DNA of 64,000 nucleotides from Hypanus sabinus (taxonomy: Eukaryota), in the NCBI RefSeq assembly GCF_030144855.1, contig NC_082710.1, positions 170,686,001 through 170,750,000 of the forward strand, written 5' to 3'. This document shows positions 13,687-25,600 of this stretch, piece by piece. Below the pieces are notes generated by a model, which worked only from the letters and a program-made list of their open reading frames with translations, did not search any database and was not told the DNA's origin. Within the stretch, counting starts at the first letter, position 1, and every line of letters starts with the position of its first letter. The translations under genes were made by a program, and so were the position numbers.

Positions 13687-16600
13687 GTGAGTGGTTCCCC
13701 ACCCTGAGACAACACCGAGCTTAAAACCACCCTCCCCCATCAACTTTCTATTGTTTGAGCCCTGTCGGGTTTCCTGCCTTCACTTCCAGTGTGATCACCA
13801 ACAGGACTGGCTGACCACTGCTGAATGTAGATGAGAGAATACAGATAACAAGAGTTACATTGGGGTGACTGGCTGGAGATCACACACTTATCAACCGATG
13901 AACAATGATTGGCTCAATGTGCAGATTATAGAACAGTGGCAGTGGAACACACAGCCCTCTCTCGTGCTGGGACCAGGTGGGGCAGTGGATCACACACTGT
14001 CCAATCCCCCTCTGGTACTGGGTGGTGTAGTGGGTTGAAGATGTTCTCTCCCCCTCTGGGTCGAGGTGGAGCAGTCAGTCACACACTACCCTCTTCCCCT
14101 CTGGGACCAGGTGGGGCAGTGGGTCACACACTGTCTGATCCTATTCTGAGTGATTGGGCAACCCGCATCTCAGGTTGCTCTGCATTTCTCCCACATCCCA
14201 AGGACATAGGAGTTGGTGGTTTAATTGATTGCTGTAAATTGCCCCCGTGTTGGGAAGTGGTAGAACCTCTGGGGATTTGACAGGAAGGTGGGGGAGGATC
14301 AGTTAATGGGAAAATAAATAGGATTAGTGTAGGACATGTATAAATGTTAGTTGAAGATCAACATTGGATGTGACTTTATCACTTGTAGGTTATCCTATTA
14401 AATTATTGGAAAAGCCCCTTCCCTGTGCTTCCTGCCCTGGACTTGGGAAAAGGGGGTGTAGCAGAGGCAGGAATGATTTCACCAGTGGGGTTAAACACTT
14501 TCAGGTCAGCTGCCCTGTCATTGTGTGCCTCACCATTCTCAAAGGGCCAAATGGCCTATTTGTGCTGATGTGTTCTGTGTCGTTTTCTCCCCCACAGGCA
14601 AACTAAAACCTGTCACGATTCTCCTGGTGATCCTGTTAGCAGCCTTTGGAATAGGAGGGACCATCCTGCTCGTCAGCATCCTGTTTCGTAGAAAAACCTG
14701 CAAGGTAGAAAGTAAGGGGACTGAATCCTTTACCTCTATAACCAGTTTAAGATAATCAGATAGATGGATTTGGCCATTCAGCCCATCCAGTTTGCTCCAC
14801 CATTCCATATTGAGAGTTTTTCCCCCTCGTAACTCCGTTCTTCTGCCTTTCCTCCATAACTTTAGAAACCAATACCCATCAAGAACCTATCAACTTCTGC
14901 TTTAAATATACCCAATGACTTGGCCTCCATAGATTCACCACCAGGCTAAAGAAACTCTCCTTTACCTCCTATTCTGAGCAGTGCCCTCTATCCTAAACTC
15001 TCTCAATATTGGAAATATCCTCTCCGCTTACACTCTGTTTAGGCCTTTTAGTATTTGATAAGTGTCAGTAAGATCCTTTCTCGTCATTCTTCTAAACTAC
15101 GGCGAGTACAGGCCCAGGGCCAGCAATCGTTCCCCGTACATTAACTCTTTCATTCCCAGATCAGTTTTGTCATTCTCCTCTGGATCCTCTCCAATGCCAG
15201 CACATTGTTTCTTAGATATTGAGCCCAAACAGCTCACAACACTGCCAATCTTGTTTGACCAATGCCTTATACCCCTAAAGGTGAGGAACATTTGGAAACC
15301 CCAAGGGGTTCATCAGCATGTGTAGATAAGCAGGGCAATTGAGGTAGTAGAGCTGTGACTCAGCAACACAGACACAGGCCCTTCAGCCGAACTCATCTCT
15401 GCTGACTGAGATGTCTGGTGCCATTAACCAGTGATTGGCCCATAAATCTTTGGTCATGATGGTGCAAGCTGTGGTCTCTCTGGAGATCATGGCCCAGACT
15501 TCGTTGTATTTTTAAGATTGAAGGGGTGGTTTTCAGGACAGAGAGTGGAGTCAGGGGTCAGATTAGGGTTTGTGGACAGGGATGTGAAGGAGGTAGAGGT
15601 CAGGACTCCACTCTGCGCCCAGTGATTTGGACGATTCACAAGGTGCACTCCGAGTCTGGGACTCTGCTCCGCACAATGATTCCAGCGATGCTGTCATGGC
15701 GATGAAATACATTCAGAGATTAGGCCTCTGCTCTGTGCAGAAAGGTTAGTCATGTGGGAGGGAATCTCCACAAAGGACACCATGAATGCCGGGCTGTCTC
15801 AGGTTGATGGGTCCCAGTATTGAACATCTGTGTGTCCAAAAGGCACAAGGCCCAGTCAATCGGCATCTAATTGTAATTGTGTCCAATTCAGCAGCTTTCT
15901 CTGATGACTAGGCTGGATTAACTTATTGTCAAATGCTCCAAGATGCGATGAAATCCCTTTCCTGTCTGAAGCACACTGGTGTATGTGGTAATACTAAATA
16001 AAACAACAAATACAGCGATGAGGACAAGACAACAGACTGGTGTAAGGAGAGTTATGTAATGTAACGTACGGCAAAAAGAAACGCTCGTCAGTGACAGGGA
16101 GGGCAGAATAGTGGGGCGGCGTGGTGACATTGTGGTTTCTGTAACACTGTTACAGTGCCAGCAAAGGGGTGGCTCAGTTCCTGCCACTGTCTGTAAGGAG
16201 TTTGTGTGTTCTCCCTGTGACTGCGTTGGTTTCCAATGGGTGCAGTGGTTCCCTCCACATCCTAAAGACATACAAGTTGTCTGGTTAATTGGGACATGGG
16301 TGTAACTGCAGGGAGCTGTCACGTCGGGCTGGAAGGACCTGTTACTGCCCTGTGTCCCTAAATAAAAATAAAATAAACAAGAACGAAGAGACCAAGTACA
16401 ACTATCTCTAAGTGAGTGGCAGTGGGTCACACCCTCATAAATCATCTTTGCGCCCTCTCCAGTGCAATCACATCCGTCCTTCAGTGCGGCACCTGAACTG
16501 TGCACAGTCCTCCAGCTGTGACCTGACCAATGCATTATTAAGCCATATCATCATCTTTTGTACTCCCTGTGCTGCCCAATGGAAGCAAGTATCCATGTGC

Positions 16601-19600
16601 TTTGTCCATACAACTGACTCGGTTTTGAGGGCTAAGTGGGAAACCAGTGCATTCTGAAACCACCTGGGTGGAGCTGCCAACAAGCAGACTCCTGGTGGGC
16701 ACTCATTTCAGTTCCATTCCCTACTCCCATTCTGACACGTCTGTCCACAAGGAGGCCAAACAAGGTGGAGAAGCAACACCTCATATTCCAGCTAAGGTGC
16801 CTCTAACCTGGTGGCATGAACATTGACTTCTCTAACTTCTGAAAATTCCTCTTGCCCCCCCTCTCTTTTTCCATTCCTCATTCTGGTTACCTTCTCAGCC
16901 CTTTCCTTCTCCTTACCGAACCATCACCCTCTTCAGATGCCCCTCGTCCTTCCCTTCAATTGCCCTCTGTCCTCTCCTATCAGATTCTTTCATCTTCAGC
17001 CTTTCACCTCTTCTACTTATCACCCTGCCCCCAGCTTCTTACTTCATGTGCTCTCTGTCACCTGCCCACCTTGCCCCTCTCCTGGTCTTACCTATCACTT
17101 GGCAGTTTGTACATCACTCCCCTCCCCTTACATTATCTTCTGGCTTCTTCCCTCTTCCTTCCCAGTCCTGTTGAAGGCTCTTGATCAGAAGAATCGACTG
17201 GTTATTGCTCTCCATAAATGCTGCCTGACCTGTTGAGTTCATCCAGCATTTTGTGATTGGTTCTCTGGACTTCCAGCATCTGCAGAATCACTTGTGTTTG
17301 TTGACTAATCAGCATCTTTCTTCTCTCCTTCCCTTCACAGATTCTGTTCTGGTTCAAAGGTGAGTGTTTGTTACACTCTCATGTTTCACAGAATCTGTGC
17401 CATTACCATGTAAAGGGACACACATGGAGTAAACCTTTTCCACTTTCTCTTTTCAGACAGGGGTTGTCTACCCTGAACGACAGCACCACAGCGGGTAAGT
17501 AAAAGCCCCCAGAGCCAATCTGTGTGAGTGTATTAGGCATTCTTGTCTGTGATGTTAGAGTTTCAAACAGCATAGAACCTGGCCATTCAGCCCTTCTCCA
17601 TGCTGACCCATCAGAATTACCCTCACCTTCCAATACATAGCCTCGTGCCCTTGGCAATTCGAATGTCGATTTAGAATTGCCTGGCCCGCAGAGGGTATTC
17701 AGAATTTTCTTGCCTGTAGAAGGCAGAGGGTAGTTGCAGATGGAGCCTATTCTGCCTGGAGGATGGTGAACCATGGTGCTCTGCAGTGATCTGTTTTGGG
17801 ACCACTGCTCCTTGTGATTTTTATAAATGATTCGGATGAAGAAGTGGGAGGGTGTGTCAGTAAACTTGTAGATAACATGAAGGTTGTGAATAGTGTGGAA
17901 TGGTGTCAAGGATTACAACAGGACATTAATCCGATGCAGAGCTGGGCTGAGAATGGCACGTGGAATTCTATCCTGAAAATTGGGAAGTGATTCCCTTAGG
18001 AAGGCTTAATTTGAAGGCAGAATGCAAGGTGAATGGCAGAATTTCTAGCAGTGTAGAGGAACAGAGGGATCTTGGAGTCCATGTCCACAGATCCCTGAAA
18101 GGTTCCATGCAAGTTGATTGAGACATGACAAAAGCATATGGTGTGTTGGCCTTCATTACCTGGGAGAGTGAGTTCAAGAACCATGATGTAATACTGCAGC
18201 TCTATAAAACCCTTTGTGTATTGTGTTGAGTTGTGTGGAGATGTCAGGGGTAAGTTTTTCATGTAGAGACTGGTGTATGTGTGGAATGGGCCGCCGGCGC
18301 CGGTGGTGGAGATGGACACGATAGGGTCTTTTAAGAGTGTTACGCCTGCAGCCCCCTCCTTTGTGAGAATCGCAAGATCACTATTGAGTTGGGACAGAAG
18401 ACCCAGGAAATGAGAGAGAGACGTGCGGAATGTCTTGTTCCCCCGGCGATATAAAGCTTCGGGACACGGCCATTGTCTCTTGAAGACAAACTTGTGGATT
18501 GAAATACTGTGCTACATGGAAGCCCTCAGGCAAAGTGGGCTGGTTGAGGGAGGGATTGCATCACCCCCAACCTGATTGACATCTGCGACCCTGTGAGTCA
18601 GAATAACTGAGGGTCTGTGGGAACAGCCCCTCAGACACACCAGAAGAAACACTAGCGATCCCGTAATAGCGGATGCCATTGGAAGGAGGCCACGTGCATT
18701 CGGTTCCATTTGCCCGGAACTGGTGGCTTTTACCACGGAAAAATGGCTTTTAGCTAACAACTGGGAAACCAACTCCCAAAAGACTCGAAGGATTGGCTTC
18801 TTCAAAGAACTGGACAAGTTTAACCCAAAATGCTGCAGCTTGAATGAACTAACAGTGACATTTATTTTTCCATTGGACAATACATTATCCCCTAGACAAC
18901 GATAGAGCTATTTCTTATTGATTATTATTATACCCGCGCTTTTAGATTTAGTATTGACGACGTATATTATGTGTATGTTTGCATTGATCTTATTTCTGTG
19001 CCCCTTTATCAATAAATACTGTAAAAAATAGTACCATCAGACTTCAACGGACCTCTCTATCTTTGCTGGTATGTGACCCAGTTACAGGGTTTCGTAACAA
19101 AATTGGGGTTCTCGTCTCGAGATTTGACACCAAATTGGCGGCCAGTGAATTGGGCTTGTAAGTCCAAAACTTGGATCTGGTTACGCGGGTAGCCAGACGG
19201 GAAACCAGCAAAGATGGACGTGGGTGAATTTATAGAAAACCCGAGTCTGGAGGCGCTAGAGGCTTGATAAATTTGGCGAAGGGACTAAACCTCGCAGAGG
19301 TGAGGTTGTCAATGAAAAAGCGGGACGTGCGAAGGGCAATAACAGTATTATATTGGGAAGTATGTGTTTGCAGCTGAGGTATTGGAAAATATCCCTGAAA
19401 AGGTACCAGCTAGTGGGACGGCTCAGTTAGAGTTGGAGAAATTAAAGTTGGAACATACAATTAAGTTAAAGCAGCTAGAGGCAGCTGAGAGGGAGCATGC
19501 ACTCCAGCTAAAGGAGTTAGAGGTGAAACAGGAGAATGAAAGAGCTGACAAACAAAGAGAGCATGAACTTTGGTTAAAACAGTTGGAAGCAGCTGAGAAA

Positions 19601-22600
19601 GAGAAAGAAAGAGCTGAGAAGCAGACGGAGGCAGAGAAACAGAGGAAACATGACTTAGAGATGGAGAAGTTAAGGCAAGCGCCACGAGTTCAGGGGTCAG
19701 ACCGAGAGGAGCGGTTCTATGTTAGTTGAGAGTTGAGGTTAGTACCTCCGTTCGAGGAGATGGATGTTGATAGTTATTTCTTGCTTTTTGAAAAGGTGGC
19801 AGTGAATCGGAAGTGGCCCAGAGATCAGTGGGTGGCGCTGTTACAAAGTGTGTTAAAAGGGAAGGCACAGCGGGCGTTAGCCATGGAGGGGGAAGAGGAG
19901 GAGAGTTATGACAAAGTAAAGGCAGCCATTCTCCGGGGTTATGAGCTAGTACCTGAGGCGTATAGACAAAAGATTAGAAATTTAAAGACAGGGGGGAATC
20001 AGACGTATACCGAGTTTGCCTGTGAGAAGGGGGTGCTCTTGGACCGTTGGTGCACAGCAGAGATAGTGGAGGAGGATTATTGGCGTCTCAGGGAGTTAAT
20101 TCTGATTGAGGAATTTAAAGGTTGTGTTTCAGAGGATATCCGGATGTATTTGAATGAGAAGCCGAATAAGTCCATCTCAGAATTTGCTAGGTTCGTAGAT
20201 GAATATGCCCTAACCCACAAGACAGTTTTCCTCGAATAAAAGTTCCCAGAGAGACCGTGGGAACGATCGAGAAAGTCCGCCGTCTGAGGCAGAGGTCCCA
20301 CCGGGAGCTAATGGTAAGGTTGAGGGGGAAAGGCCAGACGGCCAAAGATTTCCGGGCTTGACCTGTTTTAATTGTGGAAAGAGGGGGCATACTGCGTCTA
20401 GGTTCTTTGCTCCGAGGAAAGAGACAGGAAAAGGGAAAGCAGCAGTCCCTATCGGATGTGCCGTGGTAATCAGTAAATCGACAAGAGAGCCCCGGGTAGA
20501 CAGAGTACGAGAAGGGTTAGAGACTTGTCTGTCAAACGGAACCGTGTCTGTGAGGGAGGGAGACACACCAGTTCCAGTACAGATCTGGAGAGACACGGGG
20601 GCTGAGCTGTCATTGATCAGCAGTAAGGTACTAGAGTTTGGTCGCAAGACGAGAATGGTAGCTGTGAAAGGAATAAGTAAAGGACAGAAATGGTGCCCTT
20701 ACATAAGGTCATTATGGATTGTGAGCTGGTGTCTGGACCAGTTGAAATAGGGGTGCGATCAGACTTCCCGAGAACTGACGCGGACGTCCTTCTCGGTAAC
20801 GATTTAGCAGGTGGTAAGGTTTGGGCAGCAATGACGAGGACAAGCCGGCCGGTGAGTGCTGCGGCCCCGCCCCTAGCTTCCAAGATCTATCCCTCATGCG
20901 CGATCACTCGCAGCATGTCGAGAAAGGCAGCTGAGAACGAGAGCAGTTTAAATCTGGCCAGTTTCGATTTGGCCAAGACATTTTTACCGACCCTGTACCA
21001 CGAGGGTTTAGAGGGTGGTAAAACAAAGAGTAGTAAAGTGAAAGAGGGTAAGGGAGAGGAGGTAGACCTTCCCTTAGCGAGGAGAAAAGTTTTAGAGGCA
21101 GAAGATAAAGATGAGAAACAGCTAGAGCTGTTAGAAGGTCCAGGGTTGGACCTGGATGGTCTGTCTGGGTTGGCAGAACTGTTTGAAGAAGTTGAAAATG
21201 CTAGAGGTGTTCCCGATAATGAAATGAGGGCAGTCCTAGATGAAAAGGGTGCCCTTACCTTGAAGAAGTCTGCTGGGTTGGCAGATGAGGTTGTTTCAGC
21301 CCGCGGGGTTGAGTTTACTCTGGAAGGGAGTTGCCCAGAGAGTAGCTGGGAGAATCAGGAGAATTTAGAATTTGGACCGGGTACGGGTATTGAAAGCCTG
21401 AAAGAGGCCAATGTCCCATTTGAGTGGGTTCAAGATGGGGATGCACGTGGTACTGAACCTAGTAACGGAGCTCAGAAAAAGTCTGGGGTATTTGATTCAG
21501 TTGAAAGGGTCTGCTGTCCTTGTGGGTCAGATAGACTTGGTTCAGTGAAGAAAGGGTTAACCTTGGTAATAGTGGGAAGTGAGAGTTCCCAGGTGTTTGT
21601 GCTCAAAGGTGTGTTAAAAGTTAATGTGGAGCTCAAAAATGGGGAGATAAATATTATTATTGAAGGAAACGAGAAATATGTAGTTCCCAAATCGAATGAA
21701 GAAATTTTAAAACCTGCAGATCGCTTACAGATTAAGTCGGGAGATGACGAGGCGCCCTGTGCTATTGTTATTCCAGAGTGTGGTGTGAAAAGGCAGAATT
21801 TGAAATGCTGCTTGAAAAAAGAGTTCGAACTGAAAACACATAGCCTGAAGGGTCCTGAAGAGAGGGCTAGCCACCTGTGTAAAATTAAAGAATTGGGTGG
21901 AAATTCAGAAGATGGTCTAAGTTTGGGACACGGTGTTGATAAAATAACTCCTATGAAAGACGCAGGTGAGAGTTTATTTCGCCAAGGTACCCAAGCTCCC
22001 CCCGTGGGAACTAACCGGGAAAGAGGAGACGGTTAATGGGGACGCCATTTTTAAATAGCAAAAGCCGGTTGTACAGGATTTCGACAAAGCATGTGAATAA
22101 TAAAGACAACCCCATGGAAGCCTGCCTGTTAAGTTTGAAAACAACAGAAAGATTAGTATTTGCATGAACTTTTGTAGATACACATAAGCTAAGATCATAA
22201 CTCTGTAGTTTTGTTTGCTGAAGGAAAGAAATAAAAATAGGTAGTTATTAAATTGAAGTCTGATGCTACAAGACTTTAGTAAGGTACAAGATGTTAAGAT
22301 ATTAAAGGAAGTGACACTATAATCGTTAACTGTTTAGATACTGAATTGAATGTATAACTATATTACTCTGTAGTGAAAAGGAAAAGCTTTTGTATTGTGT
22401 TAGACTCTACAATCCTGTAAGACTCTGTACTACTTCGTTTTAACCGCTGGTGAAAACGCGTTGAAGAAAGGGGTTGTTACACCTGCAGCCCCCTCCTTTG
22501 TGAGAATCGCAAGATCACTATTCAGTTGGGTCAGGAGACCCAGGAAATGAAAGAGAGACGTGCGGAATGTCTCGTTCCCCCGGCAATATAAAGCTACGGG

Positions 22601-25600
22601 ACATGGCCATTGTCTCTTGAGGACAAACTTGTGGATTGAAATACTGTGCTACGTGGAAGCCCTCAGGCAAAGTGGGCTGGTTGAGGGAGGGATTACATCA
22701 CCCCCAACCTGATTGACATCTGCGACCCTGTGAGTCAGGATAACTGAGGGTCTGTGGGAACAGCCCCTCAGACACACCAGAAGAAACGCTAGCGATCCCG
22801 TAATAGCAGAAGCCATTGGAAGGAGGCCACGTGCGTTCGGTTCCATTTGCCCGGAAGTGGTGGCTTTTACCACGGAAAAATGGCTTTTAGCTAACAACGG
22901 GGAAACCAACTCCCAAAAGACTCGAAGGATTGGCTTCATCAACGAACTGGGCAAGTTTAACCCGTCTTTCTCTCTCAAACCCAAAAAGCTGCAGCTTGAA
23001 CGAACTAACAGTGACGTTTATATTTCCATCGGACAATACATTATCCCCTAGACAACGATAGAGCTATTTCTTATTGATTATTATTATTATACCCGCGCTT
23101 TTAGATTTAGTATTGACGACGTATATTATCTGTATGTTTGCATTGATCTTATTTCTGTGCCCCTTTATCAATAAATACTGTAAAAATAGTACCATCAGAC
23201 TTCAACTGACCACTCTATCTTTGCTGGTAAGTGACCCAGTTACGGGGTTTCATAACAAGAGACTCCTGGATATGTACACGGAGCTTAGAAAAATAGAGGG
23301 CTATGGGTAACCCTAGATTTTTTTCTAAACTAAGTACATGTTCAGCACAGCATTGTGGGTTGAAGTGCCTGTATTGTGCTGTAGGTTTTCTATGTTTCTA
23401 TTGAGTTCTCATCACATCATTATTTACCACACAGTGCTGCCTGGATTGGAGAGGATAGGCTGAGTGAGCCAGGGCTTTCCTCTTTAGAGCAAAGGAGGAT
23501 AAAGGTGAATGATAGAGGAGTACAGAATAATAAGAGGAAAAGATCAAGTGGACTTTTTCCCTAGGCTAATATGAGGGGCCATAATTTTCTCATAATATGA
23601 GGTGTTTGGAGGAAAGTATAGGGGAAGGTCAGAAGTAAGTTCTTTACACAGCCTGTAGAAAGCAGAGAATAGTTGTAGATCTGCCAGTGTTTGCATTAAT
23701 ATGCACATAATTAATTTTACAGCTGATCTAACTTCACCCCAATTGGATGAAGGACCTGGGACGGTAAGTCGGAAAGCAAAATAAAAACCACAGATGCTTG
23801 ACATCTGAAATAAAATCAGAGAATTCAGCAGGTTAAACCGTATCTTCAGAATATCAAACAGAGTTAAGGTTCTGGAATAGTGGGTTTTGAACAGAAATGG
23901 GCAAAATCAAGAATATAGTTTAGATTGGATTGCTGTGAGGAGGGGATGGTAAAGAGAATAAAAGAGTGTAGAGCAAGAGAGACTGGATGTCATAAGTGGG
24001 GATTGCTTGCAATGAGGGAGGATGTGGATAACTGGTTCATTTTGCTTAATAAAGGTTCAAGTGCTCATCTCTGTGCTTTTTGAGATTTGTGAAAGTTTCT
24101 GCCCGCACCAGATCATTTACAAGTAGCATCCACCAGCAAGGATTCCACCATCCAGGCCATGCTGTCTTCTCACTACTGCCATCAAGCATGAAGTACCAGA
24201 GCCTTGAGTCCCACACTACCAGTTCAGGAACAGTTATTACCTTACAACACGGGTTCCCAATCTTCTTATATGCCATGGACCAATACCGTTAGGCAAGGAT
24301 CCCACATTCAAAACCCTGCCCTACAACCACCTGAACCAGTGTGAATAATCTCACTCACCTCAGCACTAAACTGACTCCACAACCAATAGACTCACTTTCA
24401 AGAACTTTACAACCCAGTATTATTTATTTATTTTTTAAAAAATTCTTTGTCTTCTTTTGCACACTGGTTGTTTGTCAGACTTTGTTCATCATAGTTTGTC
24501 ATAAAGTGTATTGTACTTCTTTACTTTCCTGTAAATCCTTGCAAGAAAATTATTCTCGGGGGGGGGGGGGGGTGATACAGTATATGTTCTTCAATAATAA
24601 ATGTATTTGAACTCTGAAGTGATGAGAAAGGAATAAGAGTTCAGGGAGTGGAAACACCACCGGGACAGGGATGTTATAGAGGCAAGTCGTTCAAAACTCT
24701 GACAGCAGTGGGGAAGAAGCTGTTCTAGGAACAAAGGACATAGGGCATAGAATGTCAAACAGTAGACGACAGGAACCACAATGTTGTGCTGGACTAATTA
24801 AACTAATGGTGTCTAATTATGCTCCACCCGTACATGGTCACTTCCCTCCATCCTGTCCATTGTGAGTATCTACGATTCTCTTAAACATCTCTGTTGTATC
24901 TGTCTTCTCCACCACTACCCCCGGCAGCACATTCCCAGCACCATCACTCCGTGTGGAAAGAAAAGCTTGCTCTATACACCTCCTATAAACTTTCCCCGTC
25001 TCAGCTTAAATGTTGAGCCTGGACGCCCCGGCTGTCGAGCTGCTGTAGACCAATAGAAATGCTCATTGTAATATCTTATTTCACAACAGGCTCAAGATGG
25101 GAATGCCCCTCCATGCCCGGTAAGATGGTGTCTTTTTCACTCGGAGTGTTCATAAGAAAACTGATTTGTAACAAAATGTCACTAGTTTCATGTTCTCTAC
25201 TTCCCGGTTCAAGGTCAGTTCTTGATTCAGTCTACACAACTCTATTCACCGACCCACTATGGCAACAGTTTGCAACTATAATGATATTTTCTGGTCTAAT
25301 TGCATTCTTTCTTGCAAAAATTGTGTATAATTGATGCTTCCTTGATGTTTTTCATGTGAATGTTATGTATCTGATGCTGTGTGCCTATGATACTTCTGTA
25401 AGTCCGTTTTGCATTGCATTTGTGCATATATATGATGATGTTATTGACCCAGTAGAGATCCGGATCACCGTTGTTGACCTGAAATGACCTCTGCCTCTTC
25501 TATTGACCCAGGGAGATCTCACTAACTCCACACAAGGTCCAAGACCCCTTTCCTAATACAATCCATGGATATTATTCCATATCTGATCACTAAACATTGA

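Larger units (their letters stand above)
17600..23400 (+). mobile_element. CR1 fragment split by the LTR element (about 17600-18337 and 23258-23400)
   Basis: [18 protein letters not shown] (17796-17990). Removing the LTR element and one agag restores ...tttaagagactcctgga..., a CR1 3' region. Confidence 0.75.

Noticed and set aside
13357-14711. Rearranging TCR/Ig V segment or CD28/CTLA-4 ortholog
   Set aside because: V splices directly to a TM with no constant domain and no RSS; the MYPPPY ligand motif is absent.
14705-17494. Alternative donor AAG|gtagaa (14705) giving ILFWFK, and alternative acceptor at 17461
   Set aside because: The donor consensus is weaker than gtaagg at 14712, and these paths reach a stop within one or two exons; they remain possible minor isoforms.
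18512-22984. Duplicated minus-strand ORFs 18512-18880 and 22649-22984
   Set aside because: They are the same LTR sequence read antisense, with no protein motif.
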